Source: an uncultured Rhodospirillales bacterium (GTDB lineage Bacteria; Pseudomonadota; Alphaproteobacteria; ATCC43930; CGMCC-115725). From it: DNA of 64,000 nucleotides. The stretch's first letter is position 1. Each line of letters opens with the position of its first letter. Location of the stretch: assembly GCA_903822185.1 (NCBI GenBank), contig CAIJOA010000049.1, forward strand, positions 432 through 64,431, in the 5' to 3' direction. Below the pieces are notes generated by a model that did not search any database, had not been told where the DNA came from, and saw only the letters and a program-made list of their open reading frames with translations. The position numbers and the translations under genes were made by a program. Of this stretch, positions 16,829 through 24,700 are shown piece after piece.

Positions 16829-17964
16829 TAGGCGTGGACCGCAATCATGTCGCGCAGGCGCGAACCGTCGAGCCAATCGTTGTTGGTTTCGCTGGCATAG
16901 CGGAAGCCTTCGGCAACCGGCGTTGCGCCGCTCGAGGAATAACAATCGCGCTGCCACCAGGCGAAGCTGGGCTCGATCACATAGCGATCGGCAAGCTCGA
17001 GGGTCTGGCGGGAATCGTCTTCGGTGATCATGACCTCGTGCAGTTTTTCGCCCGAGCGGATGCCGACGATCTTGATCGGCATTTTCGGCGCAAGAGACTG
17101 GGCCAGATCGGTGATCCGCATGCTGGGGATCTTCGGGACGAAAATCTCGCCGCCATACATCAGGGCGAGGGAGGTGATGACGAAATCGACGCCGTGCTGG
17201 AGGGTGATCCAGAAACGGGTCATGCGTGGATCGGTGACGGGCAGATATTCGGCCCCTTCTTCGATCAGCCTTTTATAAAGCGGAATGACGCTGCCGCGCG
17301 ATCCGACGACATTGCCGTAGCGGACGACGGCAAAGCGGCTTTCGCCCGCGCCAGTCAGATTATTGGCAGCGACAAAGATTTTGTCCGAGGCGAGTTTCGA
17401 AGCGCCATAAAGATTGATCGGGTTGGCGGCCTTGTCGGTCGAAAGCGCCAGCACCTTCGGCACGTTGTTGCGCAGCGCGGCGCGCACAACGTTCTCGGCG
17501 CCGGTCACGTTGGTTTTAATGCACTCGAAGGGATTATATTCGGCGGCCGGCACTTGTTTCAGCGCGGCTGCATGGACGATGAAATCGACGTTGCGGGTCG
17601 CGAGTTCGAGCCGGTCGGCATCGCGCACGTCGCCGAGAAAAAAGCGCATGCGGTCGAGGCCCAGCGGAATAAGGCTCTGCTGCATCTCGTACTGCTTGTA
17701 CTCGTCGCGCGAGAAGACGATGACGCGGCGGGCGCGGCTGTGACGGAGGAGGGTATCGACCAGGCGGCGGCCGAAAGAGCCGGTGCCGCCGGTGATGAGG
17801 ATCGATTTATCGTCGAACTGGCGCATTGCGGCACGAACATTATCGCTCAGCGACTGGACATTGCCTTTTGCCGGAACGCCCTTGGCCGCCTTAGGTGGGG
17901 TGCTGCGGGGCAGCAGCGCCTCGGTGGGGCGGGTGCGTGCGGTGGATTTATTCGTCTGTGCCAT
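16828..17964 (-). CDS. pseB: UDP-N-acetylglucosamine 4,6-dehydratase (inverting), PseB/FlmA-like
   Basis: ILITGGTGSFGRRLV...VIVFSRDEYKQYEM...YGASKLASDK are signatures of the short-chain dehydratase family. The 46-aa basic N-extension may be spurious; an alternative start is ATG 17826. Confidence 0.85.
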   Translation of the reverse strand: MAQTNKSTARTRPTEALLPRSTPPKAAKGVPAKGNVQSLSDNVRAAMRQFDDKSILITGGTGSFGRRLVDTLLRHSRARRVIVFSRDEYKQYEMQQSLIPLGLDRMRFFLGDVRDADRLELATRNVDFIVHAAALKQVPAAEYNPFECIKTNVTGAENVVRAALRNNVPKVLALSTDKAANPINLYGASKLASDKIFVAANNLTGAGESRFAVVRYGNVVGSRGSVIPLYKRLIEEGAEYLPVTDPRMTRFWITLQHGVDFVITSLALMYGGEIFVPKIPSMRITDLAQSLAPKMPIKIVGIRSGEKLHEVMITEDDSRQTLELADRYVIEPSFAWWQRDCYSSSGATPVAEGFRYASETNNDWLDGSRLRDMIAVHA

Positions 17965-18013
17965 GGAGTCGGCAGGCCTTTATCAAAATGGTTCGGCCGA
18001 TCATGGCCACTTC

Positions 18014-18032
18014 ATGGTTAAAAGTTGATTGA
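18014..18032 (-). promoter_or_regulatory. CtrA-type box TCAA-N7-TTAACCAT upstream of the pse operon
   Basis: The minus strand reads TCAA-tcaactt-TTAACCAT, containing an exact TTAACCAT (18014-18021). It ends 50 nt upstream of ATG 17964. Confidence 0.45.
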
Positions 18033-18060
18033 AATTCCGAACTTCAATCCGAAAGATCAA

Positions 18061-18981
18061 TTACTTCAAGTAGTTCACCAGGCTTAGATTCTGCAGGATG
18101 TTCATCGTCTGGTAGGACGCCTGAAGCTGGGTCTGCAGGGTGTTGAGCTGGGTGATCGCCGTCGCTGAATCGATCTGCAGGACGTTGTTGGAGGTCGTGC
18201 TGGCCAAGGTCAGGGCGTTCTTGTGCGCGGCGCTCAACTGGGTGAGGGACTGTTGCTGCTCGCCCGAGGTGGCGACCAATTGCTGCACTTGCTGTACCGC
18301 CTGCGCCAGCATCTGTTGACCCTTCTGCACGTTGGCGACGTCGGTCGCGCTGGTCTGTGACAGCGGGGTCGAGTTATTGGCGAAGAAATTCAGCACCCGA
18401 ATGATCTGCTCGAAGGCCGGGTTGTCGCCAGTGACGCCGTATTTCACCGTCACATTGCTATCGACGGTCGCCTGCGAGACGGCGGTGTCGCCGTTGTAAT
18501 AATCGGCGGAGATGTTCGTGGTCAAATCGCCGGGGGTAGGCAGGTTGGTCGGGTCGTACGACGGGGTCGTCGTTTTGTTGCCCGAGAAGACAAAGCGCGA
18601 GCCGTCTTGGGTGTTGAGATAGCTGCCGACTTCGACGAGAAGCTGCTGCGCCGTCGATTGGATTCCTGCCCCGGTCGAGCTGAAGGCATTGTTCGAGAGC
18701 TGCGTTTGAAGGGTCGAGGCGACGGTGGCGATGTTCTGCATTGCCAGGCTCATCGTCTGAACCCGGGTGTTCACGGTGGTGATCGTGTCGATGTAACCCT
18801 GTTGTTGCGACTGGGTCGCGGCGAGATCGACCAACTTCGCGGCTTGCGGCGCGACGCCGGAAAAGCTCGTGCTCTTCTGTCCGGTCGAAATTTGGCTTTC
18901 GAGGGTCGATGCCTTGTTCCCTAACTGCTGCAGAATCTGCAGCATCTGGGAGTTCTGTTGGATCGTGCTGATATTGGTCAT
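18061..18981 (-). CDS. flgL: Flagellar hook-filament junction protein FlgL (HAP3)
   Basis: 306 aa with flagellin-like N- and C-terminal helices (C-terminal end QTMNILQNLSLVNYLK). It lies immediately downstream of flgK. Confidence 0.85.
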   Translation of the reverse strand: MTNISTIQQNSQMLQILQQLGNKASTLESQISTGQKSTSFSGVAPQAAKLVDLAATQSQQQGYIDTITTVNTRVQTMSLAMQNIATVASTLQTQLSNNAFSSTGAGIQSTAQQLLVEVGSYLNTQDGSRFVFSGNKTTTPSYDPTNLPTPGDLTTNISADYYNGDTAVSQATVDSNVTVKYGVTGDNPAFEQIIRVLNFFANNSTPLSQTSATDVANVQKGQQMLAQAVQQVQQLVATSGEQQQSLTQLSAAHKNALTLASTTSNNVLQIDSATAITQLNTLQTQLQASYQTMNILQNLSLVNYLK

Positions 18982-18991
18982 GGGCTAATCT

Positions 18992-20407
18992 CTAATTGAT
19001 GGCCATGAGGGCCTGGTACATCGACTGAATGGTCGAGATGACCCGCGCCGACGCGCCATAGGCGTTTTGATAGATGCTCAAATTGCCCAGTTCCTGATCG
19101 AGATTGACGCCGCTATTGGCCTGGACCTGGCTTTGGATCGAGGTCTGAAGCTGCGACTGATAGGTGTTGTTCTGGGTTGCGGCCGCCGCCGCGGTCGATA
19201 TCTGGCCGATGATCTGGGCGCCGTAATTCGACAGGGTCGTGGTCGTCGAGGTGGTGAAATTGCCGGCGGCGGCAAAGCTCGCATTGCCGTTCAAGTTATT
19301 CATGATGGTCGCGCTGATCGACGGATCGACACCCGAGGTGCCGTTGTAAAGCAGCGTCGGGTTCTGAACCAGCGACGGGTTCATCTCGATCGTCGAGGCG
19401 TTATCGATGCCGGTCGTGATGTTGACGTTGCCGAAGATGTTATGCGCGTCGTTGGTGGTGTTGGTGCCGCTGTTGGTCGTGTTGAGATTGGCGAAGTTGC
19501 CCGCCGCATAAAGATTGTTGGCGAAGCGGTTCAACTCGGCCGTGACGGCGGGAAGCGCCGTGTTGCGCAATTGCAGCAGCGCACCGACCTTGCCGGTCGT
19601 CATGGTACTGGTGACATCGACGCCGTTAAGTGTGACCGGCGACAGTGGCGTGCCGGCCGTAACAGTGCCGGCCTGGGTATAGCCGAAACTTGCGACGGTC
19701 GAGCCATCGACCAGCGATTGCCCGCCGGCCGAATATACCATCATCGTGCCGTCGGCACGGGTGTAGCTGGTGACGCCGGTCAATTGCGCGACCTGATTGA
19801 GCGCCTGATCGCGCTGATCTTCCAGCGTCGCCGTCGATTGTCCGGTCGCTTGCAGCCGTTCGATCGAACTGTTGAGCGTTCCGATGGTTTGCAGCGACGC
19901 GTTCAAGGTCGAGACCGAAGAGCCCAAATCGGTGTCGGTGCTGGTGCGAAGCGTCTGAATGCCCGCCGAGAAATCGTTGAGTTGCTGGGTCAATTGCTGA
20001 CCGGCGCTGACGACGGCGCTCTGCGCGACCGGATCTTCCGGCGTCGCGGCAAGGGTCTGCATCGAACCGACGAAGGTGTTGAAGGAGTCGGTAAAGGAGG
20101 TTCCCGCACCGACCTGACCCAACAGGCTTTGCAACTGATTGAGATAGTCGTTGGCGGTCGAGGCGGCGGAGGCCGTGCTCGATTGCTTCGACAGGTTCGA
20201 GGTCAGCAGCTGATCGGTGACACGCTTGATGATGCCGGTATTGACGCCGACGCCGCCGGCGGGCGTCGTGATCGACGTCTGGGACAGGGTCTGGCGCGAA
20301 TAGCCGGCCGTCTGCGCGTTGGCGACGTTGCCGGAAATGACCTGGATCTGGTTCTGCGTTGCCCGCAGACCGGTGATGGCATCTTGTAGTGCGACACTAA
20401 GGCCCAT
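18992..20407 (-). CDS. flgK: Flagellar hook-associated protein FlgK (HAP1)
   Basis: The N-terminus MGLSVALQDAITGLRATQNQIQVISGNVANAQTAGYSRQ and C-terminus VNLDQELGNLSIYQNAYGASARVIST are FlgK termini. Confidence 0.92.
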   Translation of the reverse strand: MGLSVALQDAITGLRATQNQIQVISGNVANAQTAGYSRQTLSQTSITTPAGGVGVNTGIIKRVTDQLLTSNLSKQSSTASAASTANDYLNQLQSLLGQVGAGTSFTDSFNTFVGSMQTLAATPEDPVAQSAVVSAGQQLTQQLNDFSAGIQTLRTSTDTDLGSSVSTLNASLQTIGTLNSSIERLQATGQSTATLEDQRDQALNQVAQLTGVTSYTRADGTMMVYSAGGQSLVDGSTVASFGYTQAGTVTAGTPLSPVTLNGVDVTSTMTTGKVGALLQLRNTALPAVTAELNRFANNLYAAGNFANLNTTNSGTNTTNDAHNIFGNVNITTGIDNASTIEMNPSLVQNPTLLYNGTSGVDPSISATIMNNLNGNASFAAAGNFTTSTTTTLSNYGAQIIGQISTAAAAATQNNTYQSQLQTSIQSQVQANSGVNLDQELGNLSIYQNAYGASARVISTIQSMYQALMAIN

Positions 20408-20422
20408 CGTATGCGCTCCGCC

Positions 20423-20887
20423 TTAAAGCTGCCGATCGACGGCAGCGCCGGCCATCACTGGCCGCCGTGCCGCCGCTCGAGCATGGACCGGTCGGCCATA
20501 ACCGGAAGCGGCCTTCTGCCGTCCCTCGATATGGCCGACGATGGCCGAGACCAGCCGATCCGTGGCGGCGTGGCCAACACGAAGCGCCATTTCGTTCTCG
20601 ATGGCCGCTTCGCCCAGTCGCTTGCTGACAGCAAGCCACTTGTCTTTCAAAGCCGGCGCGACCGGCGCGCTGACGTCGATGGATTTAACGATCGTGCCGC
20701 ACAGCGCGGTCAAACGCGCTTTCTCGCTTTGCAGCGGGCCGATCTCACGGATTTTCATCTCGCGGATGAGTTTGGATTCTTGATCCAGCAGCGTCGCCAA
20801 CAGCATCGCGGTCGCGCAGAGGCCGGGAATGCCCTGCGGTTGTGAACCGTTCGGCGCGGGTGAAAGGGAAGAAGGTTGAGCAGTCAT
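20423..20887 (-). CDS. FlgN-like / FlbY-position flagellar protein (putative export chaperone)
   Basis: 154-aa helical protein (LLATLLDQESKLIREMKIREIGPLQSEKARL). It occupies the slot between the rod-binding protein and flgK, where Caulobacter has flbY. The assignment rests on position and composition only. Confidence 0.5.
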   Translation of the reverse strand: MTAQPSSLSPAPNGSQPQGIPGLCATAMLLATLLDQESKLIREMKIREIGPLQSEKARLTALCGTIVKSIDVSAPVAPALKDKWLAVSKRLGEAAIENEMALRVGHAATDRLVSAIVGHIEGRQKAASGYGRPVHARAAARRPVMAGAAVDRQL

Positions 20888-20898
20888 GATCTCTGACC

Positions 20899-21225
20899 TT
20901 ATTGCTGCGTCGGCTGTGACGGCGACTGCATGCGCAGGATCTGCGCGGTGACGGCGGCGGCGATGCCGGTCGGGCTGCTTTTGGCGGCGACCTTGCTGTA
21001 TTCTTGCGTGAGCAGCGAGCGATAGACGTTTTCGCCCTGACCGCCACCGAACATCGGATCGGCTTCGGTGCCGGAGAACATGTTTTCGAACACCTGCGAC
21101 ATGAAGAAGGCTTCGAAGTCTTCGCCCGACTTCTTTGCCGCGGCGAGACCGGCGCTCGGGTTGAGCGACGGCGCGCTCGGCGCCATCGAGACCATCGCGT
21201 TGTTGATGCTGCTGTCGTCCATCAC
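20899..21225 (-). CDS. Rod-binding protein (FlgJ N-terminal domain-like, CheL-like)
   Basis: 108 aa. EDFEAFFMSQVFENMF...ENVYRSLLTQEYSKVAA is the FlgJ rod-binding domain motif. Its start overlaps the flgI stop. Confidence 0.85.
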   Translation of the reverse strand: MMDDSSINNAMVSMAPSAPSLNPSAGLAAAKKSGEDFEAFFMSQVFENMFSGTEADPMFGGGQGENVYRSLLTQEYSKVAAKSSPTGIAAAVTAQILRMQSPSQPTQQ

Positions 21226-22469
21226 ATCAACTCGATATCGGCTTGCAGCGCGCCGGCGGCTTTGATCGCCTGCAGGATGCTGATCATGTCGCGCGGGCCG
21301 ACGCCCAGCGAATTGAGGTTGTTCACCAGTTCCTGAAGGCTGACGCCGGAGCGTATGACGGCCATGCGGCGGTCGCTCTGTTCGTCGATCTCGATCTTGG
21401 TGCGCGGCACGACCACGGTCGATGCGCCGCCGCCGGGAGCGAACTGGGTGTTGTCGTTGCCGGTCGGGCCGGGCAAGGCGGGATTGTTGGAGAGACCGCT
21501 GCCGGCGGGCGGGGCAAACGTCGTCGCTTGTCCCTGCGGCGCAAAGGCATTCGGCTGCGAGACTTGCGGCGTCTCGGTGATTTTGACGGTCAGGTTGCCC
21601 TGGGCGACAGCGACGGTGCTGATCCGGACATTCTCGCCCATGACGATGATGCCGTTCTGCTCGTCGATGACGACCCGCGCCACCTGATCGGGCTCGATCA
21701 TCAACTGCTCGATGTTGGTCAGCAGGCCGACGATGTCGCCTTTGAGATTGTCCGGCACGTTGAGGACGACCGTCGAAGGATCGGTCGGGGCCGCGACATT
21801 GCCTTTGAACTTCGCATTGATGACGTCGGCGACGCGGCGGGCCGTGGTGAAATCCGGGTTGTGCAGCATCAGGCTGACGCTCTTCAGATTGGCGAGCTGA
21901 AAGCCGACTTCGCGTTCGACGATTGCCCCGGTCGGGATGCGGCCGGCGGTCGGCACGCCTTTGGTGACGGAAGAACCTTGGCCTTTGACGACAAAGCCGC
22001 CGGCCGAGACCGTGCCTTGCGCAACGGCATAGACCTCGCCGTCGGCGCCCAGCAGCGGCGTGACCAGCAGGGTGCCGCCGAGAAGGCTTTTGGCATTACC
22101 GAGGGCGGAAACCTGAACGTCGATGCGCGCGCCCTGGCGCGAGAAAGCGGGAAGGGTGGCCGTCACCATCACGGCGGCGACGTTGGCGGTCTTGAGCGCG
22201 TTGTCGCGGGCGTTGACGCCCAGCCGTTCCAACATGCCGATGAGGCTTTCACGGGTGAAGACCGCCTGGTTGAGCGTATCGCCCGTGCCGTTGAGGCCGA
22301 CGGCGAGGCCGTAACCGACGAGCATGTTCTCGCGAACGCCTTCGAAGTCGGCGATGTCTTTGATCCGCGAGGCAGCCAGGGTCGGCTGCGCAAGCTGGCA
22401 AAGCCCGGTAAAGGCGAGGGCGGCGATCACGAGGGGGCGGAGAAAGCGGTTCATGGCACCAACAGGCAA
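21222..22469 (-). CDS. flgI: Flagellar P-ring protein FlgI
   Basis: Signal peptide, then IKDIADFEGVRENMLVGYGLAVGLNGTGD and a C-terminal SLQELVNNLNSLGVGPRDMISILQAIKAAGALQADIELM. It contains a ~35-aa low-complexity insertion. Confidence 0.95.
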   Translation of the reverse strand: MPVGAMNRFLRPLVIAALAFTGLCQLAQPTLAASRIKDIADFEGVRENMLVGYGLAVGLNGTGDTLNQAVFTRESLIGMLERLGVNARDNALKTANVAAVMVTATLPAFSRQGARIDVQVSALGNAKSLLGGTLLVTPLLGADGEVYAVAQGTVSAGGFVVKGQGSSVTKGVPTAGRIPTGAIVEREVGFQLANLKSVSLMLHNPDFTTARRVADVINAKFKGNVAAPTDPSTVVLNVPDNLKGDIVGLLTNIEQLMIEPDQVARVVIDEQNGIIVMGENVRISTVAVAQGNLTVKITETPQVSQPNAFAPQGQATTFAPPAGSGLSNNPALPGPTGNDNTQFAPGGGASTVVVPRTKIEIDEQSDRRMAVIRSGVSLQELVNNLNSLGVGPRDMISILQAIKAAGALQADIELM

Positions 22470-22501
22470 AAACGAAACATGGTTTATTCCGCCAGGGTGG
22501 A

Positions 22502-22517
22502 TGCCAAAGCCGTGCCA
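22502..22517 (-). promoter_or_regulatory. sigma54 promoter of the flgI operon
   Basis: The minus strand reads TGGCACGGCTTTGGCA (GG-N10-GC, one mismatch in the -12 element). The -12 C lies 34 nt upstream of ATG 22469. Confidence 0.7.
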
Positions 22518-22523
22518 GATGGC

Positions 22524-22604
22524 TTTGCCGCGGAAAGCTTGGGTTTTTGCCGGTGAAGCGCCGCTTCAGGGCGGCAAAGCTTTCCCTCCTTGGTAAATTT
22601 TGCC
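22524..22604. promoter_or_regulatory. TTTGCCG / CGGCAAA half-site cluster in the flgI-fliX intergenic region
   Basis: TTTGCCG at 22524-22530, 22546-22552 and 22598-22604, and CGGCAAA at 22572-22578. GGTAAATTTTGCC (22592-22604) is a one-mismatch GGCA-N5-TGCC. Confidence 0.4.
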
Positions 22605-22612
22605 GGGCTGGC

Positions 22613-22631
22613 TTAACCCTGCGTTAACCAT
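22613..22631 (+). promoter_or_regulatory. Perfect CtrA box TTAA-N7-TTAACCAT upstream of fliX
   Basis: TTAA (22613-16), ccctgcg, TTAACCAT (22624-31). It ends 19 nt before ATG 22651, implying a very short or absent leader. Confidence 0.7.
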
Positions 22632-22650
22632 ATCGCGCCATCGTGGTGGC

Positions 22651-23067
22651 ATGAGGATCGTTGGACCATCCAATTTGCAAGGCACGACCGCAAAGCGCGG
22701 CGCGAGCAGCGCGAGCGGAAACGGTACCTTCGCCGCTAGTTTGTCCGGCGAGGAAACGACCGTCTCGTCCAACAGCGGCGCCGCCAATGTCGCGACGGTC
22801 ACCAACCTCTTCATGCTTCAGGAAGTCAGCGAAGACCCGCAAGGCCGCCGCCGCCGCGCCGCCGCCCGCGGCGATGCCTTGCTGGACAAGCTCGATAAGC
22901 TTCGCGTCGGTCTGTTGACCGGTTCGATGTCGCGCAGCCAACTGGAAGACATGCGCAACCTCTCGCGCCAGGCCGACCTCAGCGACGATCCGAAGCTGGC
23001 CGGCATCCTCTCCGAGATCGAACTCCGCGTCGCGGTGGAGTTGGCGAAGCTCGAAAGCGCGCTTTAG
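22651..23067 (+). CDS. fliX: Flagellar assembly regulator FliX (long ORF starts TTG 22600)
   Basis: About 138 aa with a low-complexity N-part and a conserved C-terminal LLDKLDKLRVGLLTGSMSRSQLEDMRNL...LAGILSEIELRVAVELAKLE. It is divergent from flgI, as in Caulobacter. The longer ORF would include the CtrA box in its coding sequence. Confidence 0.8.
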   Translation: MRIVGPSNLQGTTAKRGASSASGNGTFAASLSGEETTVSSNSGAANVATVTNLFMLQEVSEDPQGRRRRAAARGDALLDKLDKLRVGLLTGSMSRSQLEDMRNLSRQADLSDDPKLAGILSEIELRVAVELAKLESAL

Positions 23068-23096
23068 CCGCTTCTCTATTTATACGTTTGCATTGT

Positions 23097-23129
23097 CACC
23101 CGCGCCCCTCGAGTTCGCTCGGGGTTAGG
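23097..23129 (-). repeat. REP-like dispersed repeat, copy 1 (inverted relative to copy 2)
   Basis: tcacccgcgcccctcgagttcgctcggggttagg is the reverse complement of the family consensus CTCAYCCCGAGCGAAGTCGAGGGRCGCAGGATG. Confidence 0.7.
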
Positions 23130-23168
23130 CGCTTTTCCGTTTTGCTTATTCCAATTGCAACGCACTTC

Positions 23169-23206
23169 CTGACCTCACCCCGAGCGAAGTCGAGGGGCGC
23201 AGGATG
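23169..23206 (+). repeat. REP-like dispersed repeat, copy 2
   Basis: cctgacctcaccccgagcgaagtcgaggggcgcaggatg. With copy 1 it forms a long inverted repeat just after fliX. Confidence 0.7.
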
Positions 23207-23304
23207 TAACGCCATTCGCCTTGCCTAAATCCCCGTCTTCGCGCATGCTTATTCCCAACTAACAAACCGCCGCAAAGCCGGCGGGACGATGAACAGGGGG
23301 AAAC

Positions 23305-24561
23305 ATGCTGACGACAGGCATTTTTGCGAATCGCTGGTGGATGGTGTTTGGCGCCGTCCTGGGCCTCATGGTCAATACCGGCGTCATTGAAGTATTCACT
23401 TTTGCGGTGTTTTTGAAGCCGATCTCCGAGGATTTGGGGATCGACCGGGCGACACTTGGCTTGCTGGTCGTGATCGGATCGGCTTTTGCCACGCTCTCGA
23501 CCCCGACTTTCGGCAAATGCATCGATTATTTCGGGCTGCGCCGCGTCCACTTGCCGATGATCGTCGTCTATGCGGCGGTGATCGCGAGCATGTCGCTGTT
23601 GCAGGGGCCGTTCTGGCTGCTGGCGGTCTTCTTTATCCTGCGCGGCACCTTCGGCGCGGGCCAGTCGCCGATCGCTTATTCCAAGGCCATCGCCGCGACC
23701 TTCGACAAGGATCGTGGCCTCGCCTTGGGCGTCGCCATCGCGGGCGTCGGGATCGGCGTCGCCCTCATGCCGTTATTGGCGAATTATCTCATCAGCGCCT
23801 ATGGCTGGCGTGAGGCGTTCGTCGGGCTGGGCATCGCCATTCTCGTTTTTGCGTTGATCCCCGGTTATCTGTTCGAACGCGAACCGCCCGCCAACGCCGA
23901 CAACCGGAAATCGTCGTCGAACCGGGTTCTGCCGGGCATGCGCTATCGTGAAGCGGTTTTGCATGGCTGGCGTTTCTGGGCCATCACGATCGCGTTTTTC
24001 CTCGGCGTGGTCGCGGTCAACGGCACCCTGACCCAGGTCGTCGCGATGTTGAGCGATCGGGGCTTTTCACGCGATGCGGCGGTTTATGCGCTGTCCATTT
24101 CGGGCATTGCGCTGACGATCGGCCGCGTGGTGTCGGGCTGGCTGCTCGACCGCATGCACGGGCCTTACGTGGCCTGTTTCTTTCTCGGCAGCGCTGCCAT
24201 CGGCATTACGCTGTTGGCCAGCGGGGCGGGTGGCAGCGTGCCTTATATCGGTACCGTGCTGTGCGGCCTGGGCATCGGCGCCGAGGTCGATCTGATGGCC
24301 TTTTTCATCAGCCGCTATTTCGGGTTGCGGGCTTTCGGCGCAATCTATGGCTCGTTGTTCGCGCTGTTTTCGCTCGGCAATGCCGTCGGTCCCTGGCTGA
24401 TGGGAATGTCTCTGCGCGACAGCGGCAGCTACGTGCCGATGATGATCGCCTTCGTTGTTGCACTGGGCGCGGCTTGCGCCTTGCTGCTGCCGTTGGGGCC
24501 GTACCGTTACGTGGCCAGCCAGGACGAGGTCGCCGGGGCGATGGGCGAGGAAGCCGCCTAA
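23305..24561 (+). CDS. MFS transporter
   Basis: 418 aa with about 12 predicted hydrophobic helices and a good RBS (aggggga). Confidence 0.8.
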   Translation: MLTTGIFANRWWMVFGAVLGLMVNTGVIEVFTFAVFLKPISEDLGIDRATLGLLVVIGSAFATLSTPTFGKCIDYFGLRRVHLPMIVVYAAVIASMSLLQGPFWLLAVFFILRGTFGAGQSPIAYSKAIAATFDKDRGLALGVAIAGVGIGVALMPLLANYLISAYGWREAFVGLGIAILVFALIPGYLFEREPPANADNRKSSSNRVLPGMRYREAVLHGWRFWAITIAFFLGVVAVNGTLTQVVAMLSDRGFSRDAAVYALSISGIALTIGRVVSGWLLDRMHGPYVACFFLGSAAIGITLLASGAGGSVPYIGTVLCGLGIGAEVDLMAFFISRYFGLRAFGAIYGSLFALFSLGNAVGPWLMGMSLRDSGSYVPMMIAFVVALGAACALLLPLGPYRYVASQDEVAGAMGEEAA

Positions 24562-24700
24562 GGCCGTTTCGAGGAACGAAACACAGGATGATGGGTTTTT
24601 GACGGGCGGTTTATGCGTTGTGTTCGTCCGGCTTGAAGCGGGCGAGGGCCATTCATATACTCCGCCCGTCTTCGACCTTCCGCCTGTGGGGATTTTCTTG

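Noticed and set aside
16829-16957. 43-codon N-terminal extension of the pseC ORF
   Set aside because: It overlaps the pseB 3' end and is Arg-rich. The ATG at 16828 gives the canonical aminotransferase N-terminus and a TAATG junction.
19067-22556. Long plus-strand ORFs 19067-20389 (440 aa) and 21243-22556 (437 aa)
   Set aside because: They are antisense to flgK and flgI respectively. Their Arg/Gly-rich composition marks them as shadow ORFs.
24455-24700. Upstream 82-codon extension of the dksA ORF
   Set aside because: It overlaps the 3' end of the MFS gene and has no DksA similarity. A GTG with a good SD at 24701 gives a normal-length DksA.
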